NCBI RefSeq assembly: GCF_000025505.1 | Contig: NC_013849.1 | Coordinates: 1,200,001 to 1,232,000 of the forward strand | Length of the DNA: 32,000 nt | Origin: Ferroglobus placidus DSM 10642 | GTDB taxonomy: Archaea > Halobacteriota > Archaeoglobi > Archaeoglobales > Archaeoglobaceae | Reading direction: 5' to 3' | In this document: positions 9,189-17,937 of the stretch, piece by piece | How positions within the stretch are numbered: the first letter of the stretch is position 1 | How the letters are laid out: every line of letters starts with the position of its first letter | Notes under the pieces: generated by a model | Seen by the model: only the letters and a program-made list of their open reading frames with translations | Databases searched by the model: none | Told to the model about the DNA's origin: nothing | Position numbers and translations under genes: made by a program

Positions 9189-9638
9189 ATGATGGAGGAG
9201 ATAAGAAAACTTTACGAGAAGTTTGGCGGAGAGGTTAAGGAGTTTGAGAAGTTCGAGGGAGAAGTTGACGTCGGTTACAAAATCGAGTTCGAGAAGAAAA
9301 TAGAGGACGTGGACGTTCACTTCTTCGGTCTCGCTTCCGGAGATTTGAATCCGATTCACTTCGACGAAGAGGTTGCTTCGAAGACGAAGTTTAAGGGAAG
9401 AGTCGTCCACGGAATGCTCACCACAAGCTTAGTTTCGGCAGCCGTAGCAAGAATGCCGGGGATAGTAGTTCTGCTCGAAGCCTGCTTCAAATATACGAAG
9501 CCGGTGAGGATCGGCGACACCGTTAAAGTTGTTGGAGAAGTTGTTGAAAAAGAGAAGAATAGATACAAACTCGATGTAAAATGCTTCGTAGGTGAAAACG
9601 TCGTGGCTGAGGGTTACGCAAAAGTTTTGCTCTGGTAA
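9189..9638 (+). CDS. MaoC-like (R)-specific enoyl-CoA hydratase (PhaJ-type hot-dog fold)
   Basis: FFGLASGDLNPIHFDEEVASKTKFKGRVVHGMLTTSL aligns with the PhaJ/MaoC active-site segment (D..H..HG). 149 aa. Confidence 0.85.
   Translation: MMEEIRKLYEKFGGEVKEFEKFEGEVDVGYKIEFEKKIEDVDVHFFGLASGDLNPIHFDEEVASKTKFKGRVVHGMLTTSLVSAAVARMPGIVVLLEACFKYTKPVRIGDTVKVVGEVVEKEKNRYKLDVKCFVGENVVAEGYAKVLLW
9276..9637 (+). repeat. Direct repeat copy 1 (3' 362 nt of the maoC gene)
   Basis: By manual base-by-base comparison it is identical to 17951-18312, at an offset of 8675 bp. Confidence 0.9.
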
Positions 9639-9680
9639 ATTATACCGAAAAATATTTATACCAAAACCGTTTAATGCCAA

Positions 9681-9962
9681 TTGATGGTAATGGTTCCGGA
9701 GTACTTCAAGGAGTTCCAGGAGTTCTGGAACGAGATGGTGAAAAACCAGAGGGAGCTCGTAAAGAACTTACTTTCCTCTTTCGAGTTCCTCTCGAAATTC
9801 AACATTCTAAGGAAGGATGTAGCCGTGTTCAGAGCTAAAGTCCAGAGTGGGGGAAGAATTTCGATTCCCGAGGCTGATAGGCAAGCTTTGGGGATAAAGG
9901 AGGGAGATTTGGTAAAGGTAATCGTAATAAAGGAGGAAGGAGGTGATTGGAATGGAATTTAA
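9681..9962 (+). CDS. AbrB/SpoVT-domain DNA-binding protein (PhaR-like regulator candidate)
   Basis: C-terminal GRISIPEADRQALGIKEGDLVKVIVI is an AbrB-type motif. It sits directly upstream of, and overlaps, a phasin-like gene, as in haloarchaeal phaRP. The start may be the ATG at 9684 or 9690. Confidence 0.6.
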   Translation: MMVMVPEYFKEFQEFWNEMVKNQRELVKNLLSSFEFLSKFNILRKDVAVFRAKVQSGGRISIPEADRQALGIKEGDLVKVIVIKEEGGDWNGI

Positions 9963-10263
9963 GGACTTTTTGGAGAACGTGAAGGCTTTCTACAAGATGG
10001 GTTTCGTCGTTAGCAAAACGAGCGTCGATCTCGTGAAGGTTGCGATGGACAGCTACGTAGGTTTGTACGAAGTATATCTAAGACAGATCGTTCCGAGCGA
10101 AATATACGAGAACGTCAAGAAGGCCCTTCAGCTCTACACGGAATCTCAGGCGAAGGTTTTCGAGAACTTCAAGAAGCTTCTCGACCAGCTCGAAAAGCAG
10201 CAGGACGAGATATTTGCGAGAATGGCTGAGCTCGGGAAAGCTGCGACTGGCGAGAAGAAGTAA
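9952..10263 (+). CDS. Small helical phasin-like protein (PhaP candidate)
   Basis: 103 aa, predicted all-helical and amphipathic. GGAGGTGA lies 5 nt upstream of the ATG. The call rests on context (PhaR-like upstream, PhaEC nearby), with no strong motif. Confidence 0.45.
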   Translation: MEFKDFLENVKAFYKMGFVVSKTSVDLVKVAMDSYVGLYEVYLRQIVPSEIYENVKKALQLYTESQAKVFENFKKLLDQLEKQQDEIFARMAELGKAATGEKK

Positions 10264-10274
10264 CTCCAATTTTT

Positions 10275-10844
10275 TTATTTTTTAACGGCTATTAAGTCGA
10301 AGAAAAGAACATTCTTTTCGAAATGAATTACTTCAAAAAAATCTCCAACAAACTTCGCTATCGAGTCCGGTTTTGGAAAGTTCTCAATCGCTCTTTTAAT
10401 TTTCTCGGCGTAGGCTTTACTTATATTCTCCTCAAGACATCTGAGAGTCACGTTTTTCACGATTTCGGGCATTTCCGAATTTAAATCCCTGATTGCCAGA
10501 GCCCCTCCTTCTTTTAAACATCCTCGAGCTTCAAGAATGGTAGGAAGACCGACGTCGTGGAGGGAATAGCTGAAAGTGATTAGGTCGAACGCTTCGCTTT
10601 TAAAAGGCAGCTTTCTCGCATCTCCCAGAACGGCGTTGGACATTTTGCAGAAATCCTTGTTAACGTCTATTCCGTAAATTTCGGCTTTATCGAAAACTCT
10701 TGATAGTTCATCGATAAGAATTCCGCTTCCGCATTCAACGTCCAAAATCTTCTTCGCATCCGCGAGCTTAGCTATTTTCAAAACGAACGCTCTGTAAAGA
10801 AGTCTGAATTTTTCAGCCCACTCGGAATATCTGCAACTTTCCAC
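10275..10844 (-). CDS. Class I SAM-dependent methyltransferase
   Basis: Motif I is ILDVECGSGILIDEL, followed by post-I IYGIDVN and motif II-like FDLITFSYSLHD. Confidence 0.8.
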   Translation of the reverse strand: MESCRYSEWAEKFRLLYRAFVLKIAKLADAKKILDVECGSGILIDELSRVFDKAEIYGIDVNKDFCKMSNAVLGDARKLPFKSEAFDLITFSYSLHDVGLPTILEARGCLKEGGALAIRDLNSEMPEIVKNVTLRCLEENISKAYAEKIKRAIENFPKPDSIAKFVGDFFEVIHFEKNVLFFDLIAVKK

Positions 10845-10879
10845 AAAATTTACATAGTCTTTTTTAAGATATTACAGTT

Positions 10880-11389
10880 ATGGTAGAAGAATTCTGGAGA
10901 ACTTATAAAAAACTCTTCGAGCTGTACGCAAAGCTTTCCGATCCGCGAACGTACTTCGGCGAGCTAACGGAAGAAGAAATTAACGAATCGCTATCCAAAA
11001 TCTTCAACGGCTTCGCAAAGTTGGGCAACCTGAACCTCAACTACTTAATCGAGCTCTACGGAAATGTTTTGAAAGGAAACCCCGAAGAGGTTTTGAAAAC
11101 TAATTTGGATTACCTCGAAAAATTAGAGGACACGATAGCGGAAATTGTCGACAACCCCCTCTATTCGGCTTACATAAACTTCGTGGACAGAGTCTTCCTG
11201 AACTACCTGATAACGCTTCAGAATATCAACAACGCCATCTTCCACAGCATCGGAATTCCGACGAGAAGGGACATCGTGGCTTTATCTGAAGCTTACGTCG
11301 ATCTTAAAGGGGATTTGAAAAAGGAGTTCAGAGCTCTCAAAAAGGAGATCGAGGAGTTGAAAGCGGCAATAGGAGGTGAGAAAAAATGA
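10880..11389 (+). CDS. PHA synthase subunit PhaE-like (short form)
   Basis: 169 aa, overlapping the downstream phaC by 4 nt. The C-terminal IGIPTRRDIVALSEAYVDLKGDLKKEFRALKKEIEELK resembles the PhaE C-terminal P-T-R-x-D plus coiled-coil segment. Confidence 0.55.
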   Translation: MVEEFWRTYKKLFELYAKLSDPRTYFGELTEEEINESLSKIFNGFAKLGNLNLNYLIELYGNVLKGNPEEVLKTNLDYLEKLEDTIAEIVDNPLYSAYINFVDRVFLNYLITLQNINNAIFHSIGIPTRRDIVALSEAYVDLKGDLKKEFRALKKEIEELKAAIGGEKK

Positions 11390-12498
11390 TTTACTACGCT
11401 ATTAGTGAATACTTGAGAAACGTTAGGAGGTTTGCTTCTCTCTACGAGTGGTTCATCGAAAACAGAAATTTCATTCTGCCGGATGAGGACACTCCCTATC
11501 TTATCCCGGACGTCGAAGTGGGAGTTACGCCGAAGGTGGAAATATACAGCGATAACGGAGTTAAGCTTTACAGATACATGCCGAGGACGGAAAAACAGTA
11601 CGAAACTCCTCTTCTCATAGTTTACGCCCTCATCAACAAGCCCTACATTTTAGACCTTCATCCGGAGAGGAGCGTCGTGAGGAAATTCCTCGACGCGGGT
11701 TTCGACGTTTACCTGATAAAGTGGGGGGACGCCACTATAGCTGATCAGTTCGGACTTTCTGGGTACATTGACATCTTCATGTACGACTTCATAGAATACC
11801 TCAAAGATTACGCTGGAGTCGAAAAGATCTCCATCCTCGGCTACTGCATGGGAGGGGGACTTTCGGCAATCTACACCTCGCTATACCCGGAAAACGTTAA
11901 AAACTTGCTGCTGCTTGCCGCGACGCTTTACTTCGATAAAGAAGTAGGAGGACTCGTCACGCTATCCGACAAGAGGTTTTTCGATCCGGAAGAAATTGCG
12001 AAGGTTTACGCGTACATTCCAGCTTGGTTCATGGCTGAGAGGTTCAAACTGCTCAGACCTCTCGAAAACTACTTCACAAAGTACGTTTCCATGTTCCTAA
12101 ACGCCGAAAACAAGGACTTTCTCGATCTGTTCTTCAGAATGGAGAAGTGGATTCACGACGGAGTAAATGTTGCCCCTTACGTTTACGTCGAATACGTAAG
12201 AGAGCTTTATCAGAACAACGCTTTGTGCGAGGGGAAGCTCTTCATAAACGGGAAAAAGGTCGATCCGAAGAGAATAGACATGCCGGTGGCGGCGATAGTA
12301 GGGAAGAGGGATCATTTGGCTCCTCCGAAAAACACCCTCGGATTTCTGGATTACATATCGAGTAAAGATAAAGCGGTATTCGAAGCTGATGCTGGGCACG
12401 TCGGTCTCGTCGTTTCTGGAAAAGCGATGAAAATGTGGGATGAAGTAGTTAAATGGCTTTCGAAGAGAAGCGGTAAAAAAGTTGAGAGAAAAATTTAA
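11386..12498 (+). CDS. phaC: Class III poly(R)-hydroxyalkanoate synthase catalytic subunit PhaC (copy 1)
   Basis: PLLIVYALINKPYILDL, lipase-box-like ILGYCMGGG (catalytic Cys), RMEKWIHD, GKRDHLAPP (Asp) and AGHVGLVVSGKA (His). It is collinear with my recollection of Allochromatium class III PhaC. Confidence 0.85.
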   Translation: MIYYAISEYLRNVRRFASLYEWFIENRNFILPDEDTPYLIPDVEVGVTPKVEIYSDNGVKLYRYMPRTEKQYETPLLIVYALINKPYILDLHPERSVVRKFLDAGFDVYLIKWGDATIADQFGLSGYIDIFMYDFIEYLKDYAGVEKISILGYCMGGGLSAIYTSLYPENVKNLLLLAATLYFDKEVGGLVTLSDKRFFDPEEIAKVYAYIPAWFMAERFKLLRPLENYFTKYVSMFLNAENKDFLDLFFRMEKWIHDGVNVAPYVYVEYVRELYQNNALCEGKLFINGKKVDPKRIDMPVAAIVGKRDHLAPPKNTLGFLDYISSKDKAVFEADAGHVGLVVSGKAMKMWDEVVKWLSKRSGKKVERKI

Positions 12499-12503
12499 TT
12501 TTT

Positions 12504-13490
12504 TTATTTCGACCTCTCGACTATCCACTTAACAGCTTCCGGCCACAGCTTTTTGTGAGCACTTCTGCTTACAGTCAAGCCTATGTGCCCTTTGTCGACC
12601 GTCAGCATCTTTTTGTCCTTCGAGGGGATTTTTTCGAAGAAGGGTATAACGGCTTCTGGAGGAGTTATGTGATCTTTTTCGGCAACTAAAGCCAGCACGG
12701 GCATTGTAATTTTGCTGAAATCAACTTTAACTCCGTTTACATCGTACTCTCCTTTCATGAGTTCGTTTCTGTGATACCATCTCGTGATGTACTCTTCGAA
12801 AACGTCTCCGGGAACTGAGGGAGAATCGAATATCCAGAACTCCATGTAGAAGAAGTCCTTAACGAACTTTTCATCGCTTAGATTATCAAGCAGAGACTGA
12901 TACTTTCCGACAGCCAATCTTACCGGATCAACGAGCAAGAAAGCCAAATTCAAAAAGTCTCCGGTGGCGTTGAATAAAGCTCTCGAAACTTTTTTCGGGT
13001 CTATGTTCTTAGCCCAGATTGCTAAAGTGTTCGACGTGTCGAAGTTTATTGGGGGAGTTTGAATAACGAGATTTCTCACCTTTTCCGGATGAAGGGAAGC
13101 GTAAATCACCGCCAAAGTCGTTCCGAGGCAGTAGCCGTGCAGAGTTACGTTTTCAACCCCCCTCTCTTTCCTTACAAAATCGACGCAGAAGTCGAGAAAG
13201 TCGATGTAGTCGGATATTTTTAAGTGTCTGTCAGCGAAGCTCGGATATCCCCAGTCTATCATCCAAACGTCCAATCCGGCTTCTATCAAAAGTCTTACAA
13301 CGCTGACATCCTTATGTAAATCGAGAATGTACGGACGATTTATGTAAGCGTAGCTTATAATTACCGGCGTTTTCAGCTTGGGCTTCGACTTGAAGTGGAG
13401 CAGCTTGAAAACCCAGTCTTCGTGTGCAACTTCGTACTCGCAGTAACCGGGTTTAGTCCCCTTTATCTTCTCCACCAACATCTCCAACAC
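12504..13490 (-). CDS. phaC: Class III PHA synthase PhaC paralog (copy 2)
   Basis: PVIISYAYINRPYILDL, LHGYCLGTT, YMEFWIFDSP, AEKDHITPP and KGHIGLTVS. It is convergent with copy 1, with 5 bp between the stop codons. Confidence 0.85.
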   Translation of the reverse strand: MLEMLVEKIKGTKPGYCEYEVAHEDWVFKLLHFKSKPKLKTPVIISYAYINRPYILDLHKDVSVVRLLIEAGLDVWMIDWGYPSFADRHLKISDYIDFLDFCVDFVRKERGVENVTLHGYCLGTTLAVIYASLHPEKVRNLVIQTPPINFDTSNTLAIWAKNIDPKKVSRALFNATGDFLNLAFLLVDPVRLAVGKYQSLLDNLSDEKFVKDFFYMEFWIFDSPSVPGDVFEEYITRWYHRNELMKGEYDVNGVKVDFSKITMPVLALVAEKDHITPPEAVIPFFEKIPSKDKKMLTVDKGHIGLTVSRSAHKKLWPEAVKWIVERSK

Positions 13491-14397
13491 CCCCCATTCT
13501 TTCTATTCTCTTCTCCAACTCTCTTATCTTCCTCCTCAGCTCGTAAATCCTTTTAAAAGCTTCATCCATTAGTGAGATGGTAGCAAACGGGTTTAAAGGG
13601 TTGCTCATGGCCAATTCTTCGTAGAAAGATCTCGCGTTGTATATGTAGTCCATCAAACTGTCGAGCATCGCTTTTTGCGTTTTCAGGTAATCCTCACTTC
13701 TCAAAAGCTCGTCGAAAATCCTAGCTTCTTCCTCGAAAAACGCGTTGGCGAATTCGTTGTAGCTATCGAATTTTTTGCTGTTAGCCTTGTCTATAAAAGA
13801 TTGGGCACCCTTAACGTACGAGCTCTTCACGAGCTCCCTGAACTTCCTGAAAGCCGAGCTAAATTCTCTAAGGTTTTCCAAAGCGCTTTCAAACCTCAAA
13901 AATACGCTTTTAGGCAGCAGGAAGGGAAACTCCGTTGACAAATCTATTCTCATGAATTCGCTTCTGAACCTACTCATCCTCTCCCTGTAAATTTCCACGA
14001 ATCTTTCGAGAACGTCCTTTTCAGCCTTCGGAAGCACGTATCCAGCGTACAAGCTTGCCGTCAATCTTACGTGGTCGTAGAGAGATCTAAGAAATTCGGT
14101 GTAGGCGTTTAAAAGCTCCGCCTGAGCTTCAAACAAGCTGATGAATTCTACCCTCGGGAACATGAACTCAAGCTGCCTTCCTCCGTAAACGGCAACCTCG
14201 AGAGGTCTGAAGAAGAACCTGAAGAACTCTTCAAAAATTCTTTCAAACTCCTCTCCGTAACTCAGCTTAATTCCGGCTTCGTGTCTTTTATACAAATCCT
14301 CGAGAATCCTTCTTATTCTGATGTTTCTCAAAAGGAGTTCGAAGGACTCCTTCGGAGCAGTTCTAAATAGCTCCACAAGCTCTTCTTCGCCGATCAT
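13453..14397 (-). CDS. PhaE-like partner subunit (long form) of PhaC copy 2
   Basis: About 314 aa, helical, overlapping the phaC2 start. The C-terminal NPFATISLMDEAFKRIYELRRKIRELEKRIE is PhaE-like. I prefer the ATG at 14397, which has GAGGTGG upstream, over the GTG at 14415. Confidence 0.5.
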   Translation of the reverse strand: MIGEEELVELFRTAPKESFELLLRNIRIRRILEDLYKRHEAGIKLSYGEEFERIFEEFFRFFFRPLEVAVYGGRQLEFMFPRVEFISLFEAQAELLNAYTEFLRSLYDHVRLTASLYAGYVLPKAEKDVLERFVEIYRERMSRFRSEFMRIDLSTEFPFLLPKSVFLRFESALENLREFSSAFRKFRELVKSSYVKGAQSFIDKANSKKFDSYNEFANAFFEEEARIFDELLRSEDYLKTQKAMLDSLMDYIYNARSFYEELAMSNPLNPFATISLMDEAFKRIYELRRKIRELEKRIERMGGVGDVGGEDKGD

Positions 14398-14506
14398 CTT
14401 CCCACCTCTCCACACTATCCATTTTTATTATTAATAATGTAAAAATTTTTTGGTAGGTTTCGGTTTTCGGAAAAACACTTTAAAAGAATCGCGGAGAGAA
14501 TGGGTT

Positions 14507-15535
14507 ATGAAAGTGTCCATTCTTGGAGCTGGAGCGATGGGGTCTGCTTTAACGATTCCACTTGCGGACAACGGGAACGAAATTCTCCTCTGGGGGACGG
14601 AATACGATGTAGATATTCTGAAAAAAATTGAAAAAGGAGAGGAGCATCCGAGAATTGGCGTAAAGCTTCCGGAAGTACAAATTCTTTATCCGAAGGAGCT
14701 GAAAAAAGCACTCGATGCGGACATAATAGTTCTTGCGGTGAGCACCGAAGGAGTGATGAACGTATTTAATAGAATAAAAAACGAAGTATCGGATTCTATT
14801 TTGATAACGATAGCGAAGGGGCTTATAGAGGAGGAAGACCACGTCTACACGATTCCAGAGGCAATATGGAAGGAGAACGTGAAGATGAGGCACAAACTCG
14901 TAGCGATAACCGGACCATCCATAGCCAAAGAAGTGGCAAGAAGAGCTCCTACGAGAGTCGTTTTCAGCAGCAAAAATCTGAAAACAGCTAAGAAGGCTAT
15001 GAAAGCATTCAAAACTAAATACTACGGAATAGAAATCACCGACGACATAATAGGAGCCGAGCTCACCTCAGCTTTAAAAAACGTTTATTCGATAGCTATT
15101 TCCTGGATAAGAGGTTACGAAGAAAGGTTTGAAATGGATTTGAGCAACGCTAAAGGAGTGCTCGCGACGATGGCGATAAACGAAATAGCGATATTCGTCG
15201 AGGACGCTGGAGGCAGGAAAGAGACAGCTTACGGCTTATCCGGATTCGGAGACCTCATAGCAACTTTTAGGGGTGGAAGAAACGGGATGCTCGGAGAACT
15301 GCTCGGAAAAGGTTACACAATAGACGAAGCTTTAAAAGAGCTCGAAATGAGGGGTGTTGGTGTTATAGAGGGATACGTGAACGGAAGAAGAGCTTACGCT
15401 TTACTAAAACAGCTTGAAATGAGAGGAAAAGCTTCAGAAGATGATTTTCCTCTTTTAAAAGCGATATACAGTGTTTTGTACGAAGGTAAAAAAGTGGAAG
15501 ACGTTTTGATGAATTTGCTCATCGAAGGCGGCTAA
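14507..15535 (+). CDS. gpsA: NAD(P)H-dependent glycerol-3-phosphate dehydrogenase (GpsA family)
   Basis: MKVSILGAGAMGSALTIPLA Rossmann motif, with GPSIAKEV and AELTSALKNVYSIA segments typical of GpsA. I prefer the ATG at 14507 over the TTG at 14450. Confidence 0.8.
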   Translation: MKVSILGAGAMGSALTIPLADNGNEILLWGTEYDVDILKKIEKGEEHPRIGVKLPEVQILYPKELKKALDADIIVLAVSTEGVMNVFNRIKNEVSDSILITIAKGLIEEEDHVYTIPEAIWKENVKMRHKLVAITGPSIAKEVARRAPTRVVFSSKNLKTAKKAMKAFKTKYYGIEITDDIIGAELTSALKNVYSIAISWIRGYEERFEMDLSNAKGVLATMAINEIAIFVEDAGGRKETAYGLSGFGDLIATFRGGRNGMLGELLGKGYTIDEALKELEMRGVGVIEGYVNGRRAYALLKQLEMRGKASEDDFPLLKAIYSVLYEGKKVEDVLMNLLIEGG

Positions 15536-17271
15536 ATTTTACTCACAATTTCTTTGTAGTAGTCCAAAGCCTCTTTGACGTAATCTCTGCTCAGCTTTCC
15601 TTGCGGAGTGTCGGCTTCGAAAACTCTTTCCGGAACCTGCAAATCCTCCACGCTGAAACCCATCTTCTTTTTCAGCCTGAGCTTTTCCTCGTAAATCTTC
15701 TTTCCGATTTCCCTAAGCTCGTTCTCGTCTGTTTCAACTCCGAGAGGTTTGAACGCTTTCACGACAATTTCCGGCTTGTAAATGCCTCTTGCGAAGAAGC
15801 AAACTACCAGGCTCGAAAGAATCTGTCTCCACTGCTCCTCCCTTATAAGCTCGTCGACGAGCTCCTTCGGCGAGTAGTCCTTCCACTTCTGATCTATGGA
15901 GTAGCCGGCTCCGTCCAAGTGGCTGTGCCTCAAACCGATTAAGTAGCCTATGTAAGCTCCGTATCCGGTGTTGTAGCCGGGCATTTCATTTCTACCGAAA
16001 GCCATCGCAAACTCCCTCCCTCCGTAAATCCTTGAAGCTTCGTCAACTCCCTTAGCTAAAGCTTTGTAGAAGTCGTTCGGCTGAGAGACGATGTAATCCA
16101 CAGCTTTAATGTAATTCTCGTAATTTCCGAATTCGAGGTCTAAGAGAGTTTCGTTTTTGCTTATCAGTCCCCTCTTGTAAGCTTCGGTAGCCCAAGCCAG
16201 GCAAACTCCGGTGCTTATCGCATCAAGCCCGTAAACCTCAACTCTGTGTATAAGCTTCAGCAATCCTTCTCTGCTTCCTACTCCGAGCATCGAGCCTAAA
16301 GCGTAGATCAGTTCGTAATCGTAGCTTATCATCAGAGTTTTGTAGAAGTACTTTTCAGTTTCGTATTCTTCCCTCAACGCTGCTATGTGAATGCAAGCTA
16401 CCGGACAGTGAGCGCAGGCAATTCTCCTTCCGAGATTGTTTTCAGCTAAAGCCTCACCGCTTATCTCCTCAGCTTTATCGAACCTCTGCTCCGTAAGATT
16501 TTTCGTAGGCAATCCTCCGAACTCGTTTAGAGGAAGGACGTTTACTGCTGTTCCGAGCAGATGGTACTTCTTCATAGCATCGGACTTCACTGCCAAATCG
16601 TATATTTCGTCGTAAACTTTTCTGAAATTCTCTTTATCTTTCGGCTTGAAAGACTTCCTCCCCATAACAACAAGAGCTTTCAAGTTCTTGCTTCCAAAGA
16701 CCGCCCCTAAACCAAGCCTTCCGAAGTGCCTGTAGGTTTCGGTCGTAACGCAGGCGTATCGCACCAAATTCAATCCTCCGCCACCTATTCTCATCACCGT
16801 TCTAATCCCTCTCCCCTTCTCCCTCTCAGCAATAATCCTTCCAGTCACTATCGAGTCCTGAATGCTCCAAATAACCCTTCCATCCCTGAAATGAACTTTA
16901 TCTTCATCTACAACCACGTAAACCGGTTTTCTGCTCCTTCCCTTAATCACAATAGCTCCGTAGCCAGCGTTAGCTATGGCTGCCGCACTCCTACCTCCAG
17001 CGTGAGATTCTCCGAGGTTGCTGGTTAAAGGACTTTTGAACAGGGCGACGGTTTTTGAGGCGAGAGGGTAAGCTGGCGTAAAAGGACCGGTGGAAAAAAC
17101 TATCACGTTCTCTTCACCCAGCGGATCTACCCCTTTAGCGTTTTCAAGTTCCTCCTTTAAAAGCTGAACGGCAACACCAACTCCCCCGATGTACTCCTCG
17201 AAGAGGTCTTTTCTGTCCTCAACCCAATACTTGTACCTCGAAAGGTCTATCGTCAAAACTTTACTCCTCAC
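15532..17271 (-). CDS. aor: Tungsten-containing aldehyde:ferredoxin oxidoreductase family protein
   Basis: 579 aa with an AOR N-terminal domain (IDLS...YIGGVGVAVQLL). It also has the GESHAGG motif and the CAHCPVAC 4Fe-4S ligand cluster. Confidence 0.9.
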   Translation of the reverse strand: MRSKVLTIDLSRYKYWVEDRKDLFEEYIGGVGVAVQLLKEELENAKGVDPLGEENVIVFSTGPFTPAYPLASKTVALFKSPLTSNLGESHAGGRSAAAIANAGYGAIVIKGRSRKPVYVVVDEDKVHFRDGRVIWSIQDSIVTGRIIAEREKGRGIRTVMRIGGGGLNLVRYACVTTETYRHFGRLGLGAVFGSKNLKALVVMGRKSFKPKDKENFRKVYDEIYDLAVKSDAMKKYHLLGTAVNVLPLNEFGGLPTKNLTEQRFDKAEEISGEALAENNLGRRIACAHCPVACIHIAALREEYETEKYFYKTLMISYDYELIYALGSMLGVGSREGLLKLIHRVEVYGLDAISTGVCLAWATEAYKRGLISKNETLLDLEFGNYENYIKAVDYIVSQPNDFYKALAKGVDEASRIYGGREFAMAFGRNEMPGYNTGYGAYIGYLIGLRHSHLDGAGYSIDQKWKDYSPKELVDELIREEQWRQILSSLVVCFFARGIYKPEIVVKAFKPLGVETDENELREIGKKIYEEKLRLKKKMGFSVEDLQVPERVFEADTPQGKLSRDYVKEALDYYKEIVSKI

Positions 17272-17678
17272 GATTTCACCTCCTCGTAAGCTAAAACTCC
17301 GTGGGGGCAGTAATTAGCGCAATATCCGCAGTGAACGCAAACAGCTGGCTTTCCGTTCTCTTGCCTGAAAATAGCTCCGATAGTGCAAGCTTCCATGCAG
17401 TTTCCGCAGGCTATGCACAAATCCTCCTTAAAGAAGACTCCTCCTCCCTTTCTCGGTGTCATTGCTCCCGTCGGACAAACCTGAGCACAAGGCGGCTCGC
17501 TGCAAGCCCTGCAGAATATTATCGTTGCACCCCTTTCAAATCCGCTCAAGCTTACGGCTAAAATTCCCGATTTACTCACTCCAATTTCTGGATCTCTTGC
17601 ATTTCTTCTACTGCACGCGTACATGCAAAGCCCACAACCGACGCACTTTTCCAAGTCTTTTATCACGAGTCTTTTCAT
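17268..17678 (-). CDS. 4Fe-4S polyferredoxin-like protein, upstream partner of AOR
   Basis: Four Cys clusters: CVGCGLCMYAC, CRACSEPPCAQVCP, CIACGNCMEAC and CVHCGYCANYCP. It overlaps aor by 4 nt. Confidence 0.85.
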   Translation of the reverse strand: MKRLVIKDLEKCVGCGLCMYACSRRNARDPEIGVSKSGILAVSLSGFERGATIIFCRACSEPPCAQVCPTGAMTPRKGGGVFFKEDLCIACGNCMEACTIGAIFRQENGKPAVCVHCGYCANYCPHGVLAYEEVKS

Positions 17679-17730
17679 AACGAAATTATAACTTATTCAG
17701 CTCAGATAAATTCGTTTCGATGATAGGTTT

Positions 17731-17779
17731 AAAATCTATCACGATTTGTTACCCACACACCCCTTTGTTTCCTGTGGAA
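17731..17779 (-). repeat. 49-bp element, copy A
   Basis: The minus strand reads ttccacaggaaacaaaggggtgtgtgggtaacaaatcgtgatagatttt. It matches 27968-28016 on the plus strand at 47/49 positions. It lies 52 nt upstream of the ferredoxin/AOR operon start. Confidence 0.85.
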
Positions 17780-17937
17780 GCACACCAGCTTTGCCATGCT
17801 TTAAACCAATCACAAAAAAAAGACGTTAGATGTTTGATTTTTAACTTTCCAGTGAAGAAATTAACAATTTTAGCTTTATCTAACTTTAAATTCGTTTTTA
17901 CTTTCCACCAGAAATTCAATCCGAAAACAGTTATCTA

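Noticed and set aside
17720-17937. N-terminal extension that turns the second maoC copy into a 197-aa ORF
   Set aside because: It is AT-rich and has no homology to the N-terminus of copy 1. It reads through the 49-bp repeat element and has no ribosome-binding site. It is most likely open by chance. An alternative GTG at 17852 cannot be excluded.
9639-17937. The repeat-bracketed segment as a bona fide integrative mobile element
   Set aside because: I found no integrase, transposase, replication or conjugation gene in any frame. The composition looks similar to the flanks by eye. I therefore report it only as a repeat-bounded segment of unknown origin.
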